Shown one piece after another: positions 50,598 through 64,000 of a stretch of DNA of 64,000 nucleotides. The notes under the pieces were generated by a model, which saw nothing but the letters and a program-made list of their open reading frames with translations, did not search any database and was not told the origin of the DNA. The translations under genes were made by a program, and so were the position numbers. Source of the stretch: Octopus bimaculoides (lineage: Eukaryota); contig NC_068981.1 in the NCBI RefSeq assembly GCF_001194135.2, positions 127,606,093-127,670,092 of the forward strand, written 5' to 3'. Numbering within the stretch: the stretch's first letter is position 1; each line of letters starts with the position of its first letter.

Positions 50598-50814
50598 CAA
50601 GGGGATGCTGAAAAGTTCCTAGCTATAAGGGTGTTGTGAAAGGCCTGGTTGGAGGCCTGATCTTCTTAGTTCTCTTACAGGGCTTAGAAAAACTGAAGGG
50701 CCACTGCAATAAGTGTGTGAATCAGAGAGGGGAATATGTTGAATAAAATCGTAATTAACTGATCCTCCTGTATTTTCTTTTACCGAAAGCCAAGAACTTT
50801 TCAGCACCCCCTCA
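50598..50814. mobile_element. Tc1/mariner-type MITE, 217 bp, TA TSD
   Basis: TA at 50596-50597 and 50815-50816; TIRs caaggggatgctgaaaagttcctagct / agccaagaacttttcagcaccccctca. Confidence 0.85.
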
Positions 50815-51625
50815 TATGTGTAGTGATTGTATTTTAGTGCTGTAGAAAGATGTTAGGTTGTTATGTACTCGCTGTTATATATTATCAAGGTCTCACAGAT
50901 TTTGGAAAGTCAGTCTTGCTGAGACATAAACTCAGAATGTAAAGATTATAACTGAATTACTTCAAGGCATCTTGTTTGGCACTACTACTTCTGCTTTCCA
51001 TTGTTCTTTTTAAATGATATTAGCTTTTGTTATTCACTTCTGTCATGGTTATGTTTTTTTTTTTCTTGTCTCTTTGTTCTCTTCTTCTTCCCTCTTCATT
51101 AGTACTATCTACTGTCGCATATATTTTCCTATCTATTTATCTTTCAATTCATTTTGTCTGTATTTTAGTCATATATTTACTTAAAATTTGTTCCTCCTTT
51201 CACATCATAGAAAACTGTTTACATATTTACATGTACTGAGAATATAGAGTATCAGGTGAAGTGTGTTGAGTCTCAGTGTTTATTTACAGGCACCTGAAAA
51301 TGGCTGCCTAATAGTCACAATTATATTTATAGATATATGTGTGCGTGTGTGTGTGGTTTCTTCAGTTTAATTTAAAACAAAGCAGTTTGATTATGTTTGG
51401 CTATTTTAAATCTCATGCAGACTCTAAATCATATTTTTAAAAATGATTCTACCAAATTAAAAGATTTAGATATTTCCTTTCTTATCTTCCTAAATGATTA
51501 AGCAAATACCAAAAGTATATTTGGGATGCCTTTTTTTCTCTCTGTATATTCAGCTTTGCACATAGGCAACAATTCTGTAATTATTGTTTTCTATTGTGGA
51601 GTAGTCACTATTTAAAATAGACATA

Positions 51626-52400
51626 TGAAGGGGTACCCAAAAGTAGCTGGAAATGTTCTCTGTGGGACAAGCCCATTGTAGTTCAGGCCTCTGCCACTAG
51701 AAGCCACTTGACGTGACCCTCAGGCATCAGTATGCTGATCAACATCATCGAGTGAAGTTGTACCACGTGGTGCAGTGCTTCTCCCATGTTCATCAATTTT
51801 TGCAATGGCTGAAATGAAGGAACAGCATGCTTCCATGAAATTCTGTTTTCTGCTGGGGAAAATGGGGGCTGAAACAGTTGTCATGCTTCAAACAGCTTAC
51901 AAGGACACTGCAAAGCTTACAAATAGTTTTCACGCTTTAGAAATGGTCACTTGTCGCTTGAGGACCAACCTTGTTCAGGACGTCTGTTGACCTACCAAAC
52001 AAATGAAAACATCATGAAAATTCATGAACTGAGGACCATCACTGAACACTTGACAGATTTGTTGATATGACTGGTGTGTCCCGGAGCTCCTGCCAACAAA
52101 TTTTGAGTGAGGAATTCTGAATGCAAAGTGTTGCAGCAAAATTTGTGCCTCGCCTGCTTACAAAAGATCAAAGGTAGTCACAACTGAATGCGTTTCGTGA
52201 ACTGAAAGAACAGCTGGAAGTTGATCTGGACCATTTTTCGAAGGTCATAACTGATGATGAAAGCTAGTACTGTGGAATTTGCATATGTGGAAGAAGTGAA
52301 GAGAAAAACAACAGAGGCATTAAAAGGCATCACTTCGCAAGAGTTCCAGCACTGCTTTGAACAGTGGAAAATGCGTTTATATACTTGCTTCAAATGTCTA
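51626..52400 (+). mobile_element. Internally deleted mariner transposon
   Basis: Left TIR-like TA-tgaaggggtacccaaaagt; N-terminal HTH MAEMKEQHASMKFCFLLGKMGAETVVMLQTAY; AAKFVPRLLTKDQ and FSKVITDDES, joined directly to C-terminal FAYVEEVKRKTTEALKGITSQEFQHCFEQWKMR. Confidence 0.9.
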
Positions 52401-54029
52401 TATACTTCAAATTGTCTATATACTTATTGTTTAATTCTGTGTGTTTGTGTAGTGTAAATGTAGTTTCTTCATACACTTTGATCTCTACTTGTGAGGTTAA
52501 TGAAACAGATAAGGCATTCATATCAGTGAAATACCATTGTCTTTATCTTATCATATCTTCTATTCATCTTCCTACTGTGTAGCTTGTATTTTCCTTTGTC
52601 AAAATAGCCACCTCACTGTATATGTTTGGAGATGCTTGTTGACACAGTACCTGTGCTGTCATAGGTGTATGGACACAGGCATGCTGGGTGATTAAGAAGT
52701 TTGCTTTGCAATTATGAGGTTCCACTTTTGATCTCACTGTGTGACATATTGAACAAGTTTCTTTTGATATAGTTTTGGGCCAACCCAAGCTTTGTAAGGG
52801 AAATTGGGTAGAAGGAAACTATGGAAACCTGTTGCATTGACTGGATTTGTATTTCAAAAGGTCAAAATTGTCACACACTATAAAATCTGGATTCCATCTT
52901 ACTTTCGGTGTACATGTGTCAGAGGAACACTTGGCCTCCAATCAGTAGGTATTTCTCTTGAATGAACAACTGGAACGCTCAATGTCAGAACTGATTGATC
53001 CGAGGGTAGAAGATTGATATATTTATTTGAGTGGCAGACAAAATGCTTGTGATGTTTAGTTATGTTTCTTTACATTCTGAGTTCATATCCTACTGAGGTA
53101 AAATTTACCTTTTGTTCTTCTTGGATAATGTAGTCCTAGACGCACTTGTCTGAAATAAATAAATAAATAAATAAATAATGAAATGGTCTTGAATGGAATT
53201 CTTTCTCCTCTACAATAAGACATGTTTCTGTTTTTCTGTCACACTCCAACCTTTCATCATCTGACACAAGATCACCTCCCCCAATACCCCATCCCCTCTC
53301 AAAGGATTTTTATCTTGCAAGTTACTTGGTGACCCTGCCAGTGCTGATGCCATGTAAAAAACACCCAGTCCACATTGTAAAGTGATTGGCATTTGGAAGG
53401 GCATCCAACTGTATAAAACCATGGAAAAACTGACCTCATCTGTACTGGTGCCACATAAAAAACACTCAGTCCATTCTGTGGAGTGGTTGGTGTTAGGAAG
53501 GGCATCCAGCCATAAAAACTATGCCAAAATAGACAGTGAAGCATGGTGCAGTCTTCTACCTAGCCCGCTCCTGTCAAACTGTCCAACCCATGCCAGCATG
53601 GAAAGCGGACATTAAATGATGATGACGATGATGATGATATGCCTGCTTGACCAAGACTGACTTAGGTTGAACAATAAAAGCAGCCATAAGGATCTTAACC
53701 AGTCTACTTTTGAGTTGTTTGTGACCTTATTGTAATTCCGTCTAATCACATCAATATATTTATACTGCCAATATTTTGAGAAAGGCATAAATATCACACA
53801 ATCTCATTCTTCTCTCTTATAAATGTTTACTTTCTGCACTTAATGTGTCAGGTCCATAATCGAGATTATGATCCTGAATGAAACCATTTCATTGTTATTT
53901 TAACTCCTGATAACCCCCAGAAAAGCATGGATATCTTGCACCTTTATAAATTTGTAATTTTGTGCTTAATTAAAAAGTTAGTATTAATTTAAGCTTGTAG
54001 AGGCTACTTCATCAAAACTACTTGGCCAT

Positions 54030-54030
54030 T

Positions 54031-54090
<60 letters not shown>
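54030..54090. repeat. (GA)n microsatellite
   Basis: Directly visible. Confidence 0.97.
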
Positions 54091-54094
<4 letters not shown>

Positions 54095-54836
54095 AAGAAA
54101 AAAAAATAATATCTATTCCCTTATCTCTCAAACTAAGTCATTTGAAGCAGTTAGGACTTCTAAATAAATAACATATAGATTGGAGGTTTTTTTAAACATC
54201 CAGTACAGTCTTTGAAGTTTAATCTAAAGAGAGTTATCTTTTGTCAGACATTTAAAAAAATATTTTTCTCTCTCCTTCAAATATACTTGTTTGTTGTTAA
54301 TATTGAGTTTGAGAAGCATTTTTCCTTTTGAAGAAAGAACAGCATCTGTTCTTAATTTTCTCTTCTGTACTCTTATAAATTGATTAAATCTCATTTTTTC
54401 ATCTAAATTTTCTTGTCGTTTCCTTAAATTTTTATGTGAATAAATATTTCTTTTCACTGTTTCACATTGTTTGCAAGCTGATAAAATTATCTTTGTCATC
54501 ATCATCATTATTATTAAGGTGGTGAGCTGGCAAGGTCGTTAGCACGCTGGGCAAAATGCTTAGGTGCATTTCGTCTGTCTTCATATTCTGAGTTCAAATT
54601 CCTCTGAGGTCAGTTTTGCCTTTCATCCTTTCAGGACTAATGAATTAAGTACCAATTGAAACTGGGGTCGATGTAATTGACTAGTCCCCATTCCCCCCAA
54701 ATTTCAGACCTTGTGCTTATAATAGAAAGGATTATTATTATTTACATTATTTACATTTGATGGATATTTGTCCTCATCTTGTTTGTTGTTAACATGTTTC
54801 GGCTGATATACCCTCCAGCCTTCANNNNNNNNNNTT

Positions 54837-54880
54837 AACATGTTTCGGCTGATATACCCTCCAGCCTTCATCCGGTGTCT
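54837..54880 (-). ncRNA. Degenerate hammerhead-like motif in the Penelope terminal region
   Basis: gacac-CGGATGA-a-GGCTG(gagggtatat)CAGCC-GAAAC-atgtt; core CUGAUGA altered to CGGAUGA and the stem I partner is missing. Confidence 0.55.
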
Positions 54881-54953
54881 TGGGAAAATTTCGATCCTGG
54901 GTTCTCATTCCTAAGGTATTTTTCGATGTCATTATTATTGTTACTGTTATTGA

Positions 54954-55026
54954 GGTCACTGCCTGGAATTGAACTTGGAATCTTGGGGTTAGTAGCCCGT
55001 GCTTTTGATCACTATGACATATGCCC
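54954..55026 (-). pseudogene. tRNA-like module directly downstream of the Penelope ORF
   Basis: gggcatatgtcatagtgatcaa...ggg-ctactaa-ccc...aagttcaattcc...gtgacc: A-box-like and B-box elements, 7-nt loop with ACT at the anticodon position, imperfect stems. Confidence 0.6.
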
Positions 55027-56534
55027 ATGGACAATTATGGAGTGAATTTTAGGGCTTGTAAATCTAATATTCTCCTATCCTTCCTTAGTACTGGTTCCCA
55101 CATGCTACTCATATCTGCACCAGGTCTGCTTAGGAGGTTATTATGTCCTAGAATATGTGCTGCCTCTTTTAGTTTTTGTATTTTCCATTGGTGTTCTCTG
55201 TCTATTATTTTAACTTCATCCCACAGGGGGAGGTGGTCTCCATTTTTCCATCCATGATCAGCTATACCCGATTTATCAATATCTCCTCGTGTCACAGCTT
55301 TGTGATGTTTGTCTATCCTTATTTTGAGGGGGCAGCATGTTTTGCCTTTGTATAACCTACCACAGCTGCCTGGGATGGAGTACACACAGTCATTGGTCGC
55401 ATTCTCTTCTATTGGTGGTTTTACTTGGAGATATTTGCGAAGTGTTGTAGGATTATTATTATTATTAAGATTGTGAGCTGGCAGAATTGTTAGCACACCA
55501 GGCAAAATGCTTAGCAGCATTTCATCTGTCTTTACGTTCTGGATTCAAATTCCGCTGAGGTTGACTTTGCCTTTTATCCTTTCGGGGTTGATAAAATAAG
55601 TACCAGTTGAGTACTGGGATCAATGTAATCAACTAATTCCCTCTCTCAAAATTTCAGGCCTTGTGCTTTTAGTAGAAAGGATTATTATTATTATTATTTA
55701 ACATCCCCTTTTTCATGCTTGCATGGACAAAATTTGTTCTGGCAGATTTTTCTATGGCTGGATACCCTTCATGTTACCAGCCCTCACCTGTTTCCAAAAA
55801 AGATATTTCTCCAATAGCTACACATGTTTTTCGCAGAAGACTAGAAACAAAGTACCCCACTTGTATGCTGATGATGTTCATTTACTGTCCTCTTGTGGGT
55901 GATGGAAAGATCCAGGTGTGTGTGTGGGGGTATTGAAGAAAAACAGGGTGGTAATGGGTGACCAAAAGGGGATGATGGATGGAAGCAAAACCCAAGATAA
56001 TGGGTTAATTAGGTTAAGTTTTATTTGTGAAATACAGTTGTTTTGAATTTGCTGCAGAAAATGATCTATGTTTGTGGTGGTGAGAGGGGGTGGTGTTGGT
56101 GCATGGAATGTGGTCAGGTTCCAAGTGGGTGGCAGCCTGAAAAAGTTTGGGAACCACTGCTTTACAACCATCACGTGATGTCTAGAAAAGGGTGTACACA
56201 CACACGCACACACGCATGTACACATTACAATGGTTTTCTTTCAGTTTCTATCTATCAAATCTACTGACAAGGCATTGGTTGGCCTGGAGCTATAGTAGAA
56301 GATGCTTGTCCAAGGTACTGTACTGTGGTACTGAACTCAAGATCACATGGTTGGGAAGTGAACTTCCTAACCACATAGCTATATGTATGCATTTTAATTA
56401 TGAGCAGTACTTTAGAGTATACTTCTATAATTACTGATTTAAAATCTTGAATTAAAACTAAAATTTAACAATCAGAATAAAGCAAATCATATTAGATATT
56501 GTAATTGCCAATTTGAGAGAGAAAAGAATAACAA

Positions 56535-56608
56535 GTCCACTCATGGGCTTTGAACCTTGTATCTATCTCTTACTGAGCAACCACATTACTGATTTCACTA
56601 TGGAGAGC
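56535..56608 (-). pseudogene. Decayed tRNA-like sequence or SINE head
   Basis: gctctccatagtgaaatcagta...ggttcaaagccc, with A/B-box-like spacing; stems poor. Confidence 0.3.
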
Positions 56609-58079
56609 TTTCCATTCAGTCATCTCAAATGAAGTATTCTAAATTGTTTCTGTTATTTTAACTGTATTATAAACACTAATACATAATCCATTGTTTTAAC
56701 CAGAGAGTCTTATGTTAAGTGTGTAAATTTAAGGACTATTTAGGGCATGTTTATTAGAGACAAACAGACTAGCAAACTTGGCTGCTTGTTTTATGAAACT
56801 GTATTACAAGGAGATTGCTGCAACAAACCTTATTGTTAACTAGGCCTTGCAAGTTTTCTCTCTCCTTAACTCTGACTGCAATCCTGATTGTCTGCATATC
56901 AAATTTCATCTTTTATAGAAATAATGTTGATTAAATCCTTTTGCTACCATCCTTCCTTAAACTGCCCTTGGGTCTATGTTTTCAAGCGATCTAAATGAAA
57001 GATGTTCCCTCAAAGCTTCCTGTTGATTATGCCTCAAAAAACACCAGCTTCATAATGACAAAGTTATTTTTATAAATTTTTCATGATGTTTCAATTGTAT
57101 TACATTACCCTTACAATTGCACATCACTCGATGTTGCATATGCTGTCATATAATGCACTTCTTTATTGGCTTATGATTTTATTGTTTGCTGTTTTCCATT
57201 TGCTGTTTCATTTCAGTAACCTACATCATCATTCTCGACCTTGTATACAGTATCTATGTTCAGTCAAATATGTGTTAAAATATTTCCATCAGCTAATATG
57301 TGTAAGTCCTTCCTTTATGTTGGCTGATTTCATAGCTTATATTCTTGAATTTCATAAATCATGAGTACAGACAGGTAGTTAATTGTACTTGTCCTCCACT
57401 GTGGAAGATTGGCTGCAAGTGTCATGTGCCAGTATCATGTAAAAAGCACTCATGCTGGCACCATGTAAAAGCGCTTATGCTGCTGTGTTAAAAGCACCTA
57501 GCACACATTGTAAAGTGGTTGGTGTTAGGAAGGGCATCCAGCTGTAGAAACCAACCAAATCAGACTGGAACCTGGTGCAACTTGCCAGCTCTGGTCAAAC
57601 CATCTAACCCATACCATCATGGCAAATGGACTTTAAAGGATGATGATGATGATGATGATTTATATATGATAGAAGTATATGATGGTAACTGCAACAATGG
57701 TGAGAAGGTACACTCTGTGCACTACAACAAAATCTAAGAAAACTATCTCTTTGTATTTTTATGAAGAAAGATGTGCTACAAGTAGGGCTACAACCAATAT
57801 GAACCTCCTTGCCATTCTTTTACATAACCGAAAAACAAATTTGATTCAGTATTAACCCAAATATTAATGAATGAAAACAAAAAGGAATTTTTCTCTATAT
57901 ATGGTTAGTTGGAGGGCAGAACTTGTACAACATAAGACACAGTGGCTTGTGCAGTATTTGGCTGAGTATTTTTATGTTATGAATTCAAATCTTGTCCAGG
58001 TTCACTTTGTCTTTCATACAGGCAAGATCAATAAAAGAAGTCCTGGGATCAATCTAATCTACTAAAGATCTTGAGGGTG

Positions 58080-58210
58080 GCTATCCAGGATGGTTACAGT
58101 GAATTGGCCATACTGAAATGGAGTTTAACTTTGTGTCAGGAAAAGTTACAATTGATATCCTCCTCTTAGTAAGACAACTACAGGAAAAGTACTTTTTAAA
58201 GAGGATACCA
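58080..58210 (+). mobile_element. Old RTE RT relic
   Basis: EMEFNFVSGKVTIDILLLVRQLQEKY parallels EMQFGLVPEKSTTDAIFLVRQLQEKY at 39100-39190. Confidence 0.7.
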
Positions 58211-59640
58211 CTGAGGTCTAGAGGATGTCTCACATGAAGGACTGCAATGAGTTGTGGCACAGTGTTAGAAAATACCAGCTTGTTCATTAAAGTATGATCA
58301 AAAGTGATGTTAAAATAATGGGGATAGAAGATGGGTTGTATGATATATCTACATTCGAGTTTCTTACCTGTTATGTTTATCTACTACTGTCCCCTTCCTT
58401 ATTATTCTCTCATCAAATATTTACTGTCTCTTATTCTTTGTACCAACCACCTGTGTAGCAAGAGATCACATTGGATCTACTGAAATTCAATCCCTTTATC
58501 ATCACTCTTTATCAATATACTTCTCCCATTATGATGCCTGTGTAATGAGGGATGACTATTCAATATCCTCTATCACCACCTTTCTTTACTGTTAGCCAAT
58601 ACACTCATTCCTCTACATCATTCATTATTCACATTGCTCTCATACGGTCAAGAGGTCTGTTTAATCTGAGGAAATACAATCTCTTTAGAGTGGGTACTAC
58701 AATAAAATACATTATTTCACCCTGTAATATGGATGATGTTAGGAAAGACATTCAGCTGTAGAAACCATGTCAAAAGAATGTAATATATAGGAGTGTGATG
58801 TGGTCCTCTTTTAGGGAGACAGTAACTCCAAATAAGAACTTTCTCCTATCCTGCCTGTTTTAGCATGGAAAGAGGATTTAAAATGTTAATGATGATGATT
58901 TCTCACTACTAACTATTCTTATAGATGTAGCTATCAGATGCAGATTCAGCTCCATGAACCAGTATGTGCAACCATATATCTATTGCATACATATAACTGA
59001 TTTCATTTTCCCTTGAAGGTGGAGATATAGTTAAGAAGTTTGGATATAAAACTGGTAGAATATTTGGGCTGGATATGGCCGGTTTAGATGCTAAAGGGTT
59101 AAACAATGATAATAATGTCATAAATTATGGCTTTCCTCACTATGGAATAAAAAAAATAGTAATTGTGCATGAAATTATTAAAAAAATACATTATAAATTT
59201 TACTATGATTTTTAATTTTGGCAGGGAAAGAATAGTTTAACAGAGTGGCAAATTTGTGCATTTATTTGGAGCTTACGATTTCTAAAGATAATGAGTCAAT
59301 GAAATGTAGCCTGCATTCAGTTATGTTTAGCTTCAATATCTAAGGCTCATTTTATTTTCTTTTGTAATGGATTAGGGCATGACGCCAGTCAAAATATAGA
59401 TTTAGGTCATTAGTATATGGTTATGTGCATTGGGTGTGTGTGCGTGACATACTGGCATGCTTGCATTTATGCATGTATGCATCTGTATATTTATTTATTT
59501 ACAGACCCATACATTTTAATATGAATTATATATTTATATATATTTTTATATATAATTCTATATATATGGAGAGAGAGAGAGAGAGAGAGATAAAACTTAC
59601 TTGGAAGAGGATGCATGGTGTTCAATCCTATAATAATATA

Positions 59641-59691
<51 letters not shown>

Positions 59692-60199
59692 NNNNNNNNN
59701 NNNNNNNNNNNNNNNNNNNNNNNNNNNNNNNNNNNNNNNNNNNNNNNNNNNNNNNNNNNNNNNNNNNNNNNNNNNNNNNNNNNNNNNNNNNNNNNNNNNN
59801 NNNNNNNNNNNNNNNNNNNNNNNNNNNNNNNNNNNNNNNNNNNNNNNNNNNNNNNNNNNNNNNNNNNNNNNNNNNNNNNNNNNNNNNNNNNNNNNNNNNN
59901 NNNNNNNNNNNNNNNNNNNNNNNNNNNNNNNNNNNNNNNNNNNNNNNNNNNNNNNNNNNNNNNNNNNNNNNNNNNNNNNNNNNNNNNNNNNNNNNNNNNN
60001 NNNNNNNNNNNNNNNNNNNNNNNNNNNNNNNNNNNNNNNNNNNNNNNNNNNNNNNNNNNNNNNNNNNNNNNNNNNNNNNNNNNNNNNNNNNNNNNNNNNN
60101 NNNNNNNNNNNNNNNNNNNNNNNNNNNNNNNNNNNNNNNNNNNNNNNNNNNNNNNNNNNNNNNNNNNNNNNNNNNNNNATATATATATATATATAAATA

Positions 60200-60760
60200 G
60201 GCATTTCTGTATACAGCTGTCTTCACTCCTATGCATCACATATCCAAACCAATGCAATCTCCTCTCCTGCATACCACATTTAATCCTTCTTATGCCTAAC
60301 TTTTCTCTCAACACAATTGTGCTTTGTCAGTCATGCACACTGATGTTGCAAATCCAACAGAGCATACTACCTTCATTTCTTTCCAGCCTATGCATATCCT
60401 CTGCAGTCAGAACCCATGCCTCACTACCATGTAACAAAGCTGTTCTCACATAAGCATCATACAACCTACCTTTCACTCTGAGAGTCCTTTTATTGCCAGC
60501 CGAAGTAGTAGTTCTCTGAACTTCCTCCACCCTATTCTTATTCTAGAAACAATACTTTCAGAACATCCACCACCATTACTAATTTGGTCACCTAAATAGC
60601 AGAAACTATTCACTACCTCAAGAGAGCCTCCTGGGCATTTGAGAGAGTTTAAGTCCCTCGTGCTCTTAGTACTTACTGTTCCTGCACATCTGCCATGCAT
60701 GAAAGCAACCTTATCTGATAATCTTCTCACAATTCCACTGGATCTCTTATGCATCCATAA
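60200..60760 (-). mobile_element. RTE LINE RT C-terminal fragment (3' end runs into a gap)
   Basis: LEVVNSFCYLGDQI, LRVKGRLYDAYVRTALLHGSEAW, RRLHWFGYVM. Confidence 0.9.
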
Positions 60761-61604
60761 TGTTTTGTTTAATGTTTGTTTTTCTATGCTAGTAAGGCTT
60801 AGAAAGGAGGTAACTTAGGAAGGGTTTTTATGGCTGGTTGTTCTTCTGTTGCCCACCCTTATTTGTTTTTCAATTAAGGGATTTTTTACTCCAGAGAAAT
60901 TCAAAAATGCAGCCCAGCCACAAATGGTGACATCACTGTTTATAGCTGAGCTGCAAACAGTTATGTCACCATTTCTAATTGTAGAATAACATTTGTAGCA
61001 AGCTTGTATGTTAAGAAGCTTTCTACCTGATCAAGAGGTCTTGGGTTCAGTTCCACTATGCAGCATCTTGGGCAAGTGTCTTCTACTCTGGCCCTGGCTG
61101 AACCAAAACCTTGTGAATAGGTTTGGTAGACAGAAATTGAAAGAAGCCTGTCATGTGTGTGTGTATGTGTGTGCGCACGCGTGTATGTGTGTGTGTGTGC
61201 TGTCTTTGTGTTTGTCCATCGCAGCTGCTTGACAACTGGTGTTGGTCTGATTACATCCCCATAATTTAGCAGTTTGGCTAAAAGAGACAGATATAATAAA
61301 TACCAGGTTAAAAGATAAGTACTGGGGTCAAATTGTTAGAGTAAATGCTTCAAGGCAGTATCCCAGCATGGTGACAGTTCAAAGACTGAAACAAGTAAAA
61401 AAGATAAAAAAGTAGAACAGGCGCATGCATGTACGCATGCACGTGCATGCGTGCACACATTTTGACTCCCAAATTCCTTCACAAGACATTGGTTGGTCTG
61501 GAACCAAAGTGAAAAACTTGTCAAAGGTACTTCACATTGGGACTGAACTTGAAACCATGTGGTTAGAAGTTTAATACCTTAATCACCTGTGTATAGGTAT
61601 ATTT

Positions 61605-61650
61605 GTTTGTGTGTGTGTGTGTGTGTGTATTTGTGTACAAGATATATGTG

Positions 61651-61724
<74 letters not shown>

Positions 61725-61800
61725 CATACATATATTGCATATTTGTGTGTATACATGCGTCTGTGTGTGTGTATATACATAAACACAGATACCTGTATGC
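61605..61800. repeat. Compound (GT)n/(TA)n microsatellite
   Basis: Directly visible; long (TA)n at ~61655-61718. Confidence 0.95.
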
Positions 61801-64000
61801 CTATACCAAATGTTTATATGCACATACATTTGTATATACTCACCCCTCCATAAGTACCACTTACTAAGATGTTAATGATAGTATAAACTGTGTTATTAAT
61901 GATTTCATTTCCTCTTTACTGATTTTTCTGTTACAGCCTGTCATTCACTCTCAAAATACCTTCTATGCTGTCATCAACCCTGTTTACTGACTTTTATTTT
62001 TCTTCATTTAAATGCCTTTGTATGCTTGTTGCTTCCATTAATACATCCTCCTGTTTATAAGGCATCTATGAGTGGGCCTCAACAGGGTCACTGAACTTGC
62101 TAAAAACAACTGCTAAAGTCCTTCAAATCACTTCCTACTGTCTTTAAAAGAACAGGTTTGATAATGAGTTCCCTGTGCATACAAAAATGATTGGATGGTT
62201 ACCTGATCAGGATTAAATAGAGCTTAACAACAACTTACTAGTATAACTGTATGTGTTCCTATTGTTACACTATACTAGTCTTGCTCCTATAGTCCAGTCC
62301 TCTTCTTACTCTAATTTTACTATTACTGATTTGTTTTCAATTTACAGTATCCACACTAATACTGTATGGTCTCATACACTAATAGCTTTGTAAAATGTTC
62401 AATTTAATATAATTTATTTGCCTTGGGTTATGCAATACTGTCATTTTCAAATAAGGATGAAATGGCTCATACAAGGTCACCAACAACTGGAAATTTTAAG
62501 GTCTTTATAATGTGTAAGAAAAAAAAATGAAATGTGTATATTCTGTGCACCTTCTTCATTAATCTCTAATTTAAAATTGAAGCTTCCAATCCTGCCTAAA
62601 ATTGATCTAGAAGGGATTGTCTCCTCCTCTACAATTGCTGACCACCAGGGCACACTGCATGTGTGATATGGTTCTCTTTATACAATTTTTATTCAATTAA
62701 CATCTGTAGCATTGTGTTCTGTGTGTTTGTCTGTGTATACATACTACATTTGTCTTAGTATTCTTTAACAGTGTCCTCTCACTACTTTTGTATGGTCATT
62801 TATTTACTGTATCCTCCTCGTTAATGTTAGCAGACTTGACATGGTTGCCTTCCAGTCATTTTCACAAACCATTGAGTCTACTTTTCTCACTTATTCTCTT
62901 AATTATCTACTCAATGATCACTAATCAACAGTATCACTTGCAACATATTCTGTTTCTAATTGGAATTTCATTTTCAAAATTTAAATCTGAGAAAATCTGA
63001 TTACTGAAAAGATAGATAACCCCAGTCAAATGCTGATCAAATGCTTTTTTCCTTTGTTTTCAATTTTCTATTTCTGTGCGAAAAAGCTACTTGAAGAGGT
63101 CCGCTAGGAGTTATTCAACATCAATTATCCTGTTTATGTGTATGTACTCTGTGACACTTTGTATCATAACTGCCATTTCTTTACTCTGGTGTTACAGAAG
63201 TCCTCTTTGCTCACTAAATATCTTTCAAGGCTATTAACCTCATTTTTAGTGATGTGAAAGGTTCATTACATTTCAATTACTATGTTCACCAACAATCATC
63301 AGGTTTTTGTTTTTGAATTTATACATTATACCGAACTGGATTTGCCTTTTAGCATTTTAACCAGCCATATCTGATAATCAGCCAAAATATTCTACCTGTT
63401 TTATCTTCAAACTGGTCAGATCCAGCTTTTCACACTTAACCCTAAAATATTATACTAAAAATAAACAATCACATCATTGAAATCTCAAAGCAACAAGGTA
63501 ATGCATGACTAATTCAAAACAATATGAATAAATAAGCATTATATTTCACAATGAAATCTGAATGCTAAAGGGTTAAAATTTAGAAGTTTTATTTCTAAAC
63601 TAAGGATAGCAGTAACTCAGTTATCAAGTCTGACATTATGTATACATCAAGCTGCATGATGATGGTTGAATGATTGGAGATCAAATTGATCCAAAATACA
63701 GGGAAGAATCACATCATCAAAATCTCAAAGCTACAAGATAATGCAAGATTAATTTTAAACAATATGAATAAATAAGAATCACATTTGATAAAGTAATCTG
63801 AATACTAAATGGTTAAGGTTAACAGTTTAAAAATGTATAAGCAATAATAACAATAAATTATCTCAAACATGTAGACATTTAATAAATCATCAACATTATT
63901 GTGATAGAACCACATCAGTGATGATTCACTTTTGTAAATTTTTTCATCATTGCAGATTTTTTTTTATTATGTTTTATCTTTTACTCATTTCAGTCATTAG

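Larger units (their letters stand above)
54735..55450 (-). mobile_element. Penelope-like element 3' portion: GIY-YIG endonuclease plus terminal region
   Basis: TLRKYLQVKP...CVYSIPGSCGRLYKGKTCCPLKIRIDKH...SGIADHGW..H...WDEVKIIDRE..WKIQKLKEAAHI is a degenerate Penelope/Poseidon GIY-YIG; stop at 55035-55037. Confidence 0.9.

Noticed and set aside
54789-54870. 36-bp direct repeat containing the hammerhead-like stem II, suggestive of a tandem ribozyme dimer
   Set aside because: The copies flank a 10-N gap (54825-54834), typical of overlapping contig ends; most likely an assembly artefact

Overview
AT-rich, repeat-dense animal genomic DNA from a gapped draft assembly (N-gaps at 5877-6285, 24781-25050, 33269-33866, 40120-40219, 54825-54834, 59692-60178). 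The SINE/LINE landscape looks like an octopus genome; this is my inference from repeat recognition, not a search result. Only one host coding exon is convincing: 45643-46033 (+), resembling the N-terminal exon of sorting nexin 16 (SNX16) and ending where the PX domain starts. The rest is intronic/intergenic and filled with decayed mobile elements: a near full-length Tx1/L1-clade LINE, several RTE LINEs, three R4/Dong-type LINE pieces with a restriction-like endonuclease at microsatellites, Penelope-like elements, an internally deleted mariner, a Chapaev-like transposase relic, piggyBac-, hAT- and mariner-type MITEs, and several tRNA-derived SINE families. Most notable: (i) a 323-bp near-perfect palindrome carrying a minimal hammerhead-ribozyme motif in each arm; (ii) a Penelope 3' end with a tRNA-like module followed by a hammerhead-like motif; (iii) a ~30-nt 3' tail shared by a SINE and the Tx1/L1 element; (iv) an unclassified insert splitting an RTE. 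No rRNA, intact tRNA or CRISPR array was seen. Boundaries of decayed repeats are approximate, and family names come from motif recognition by eye.
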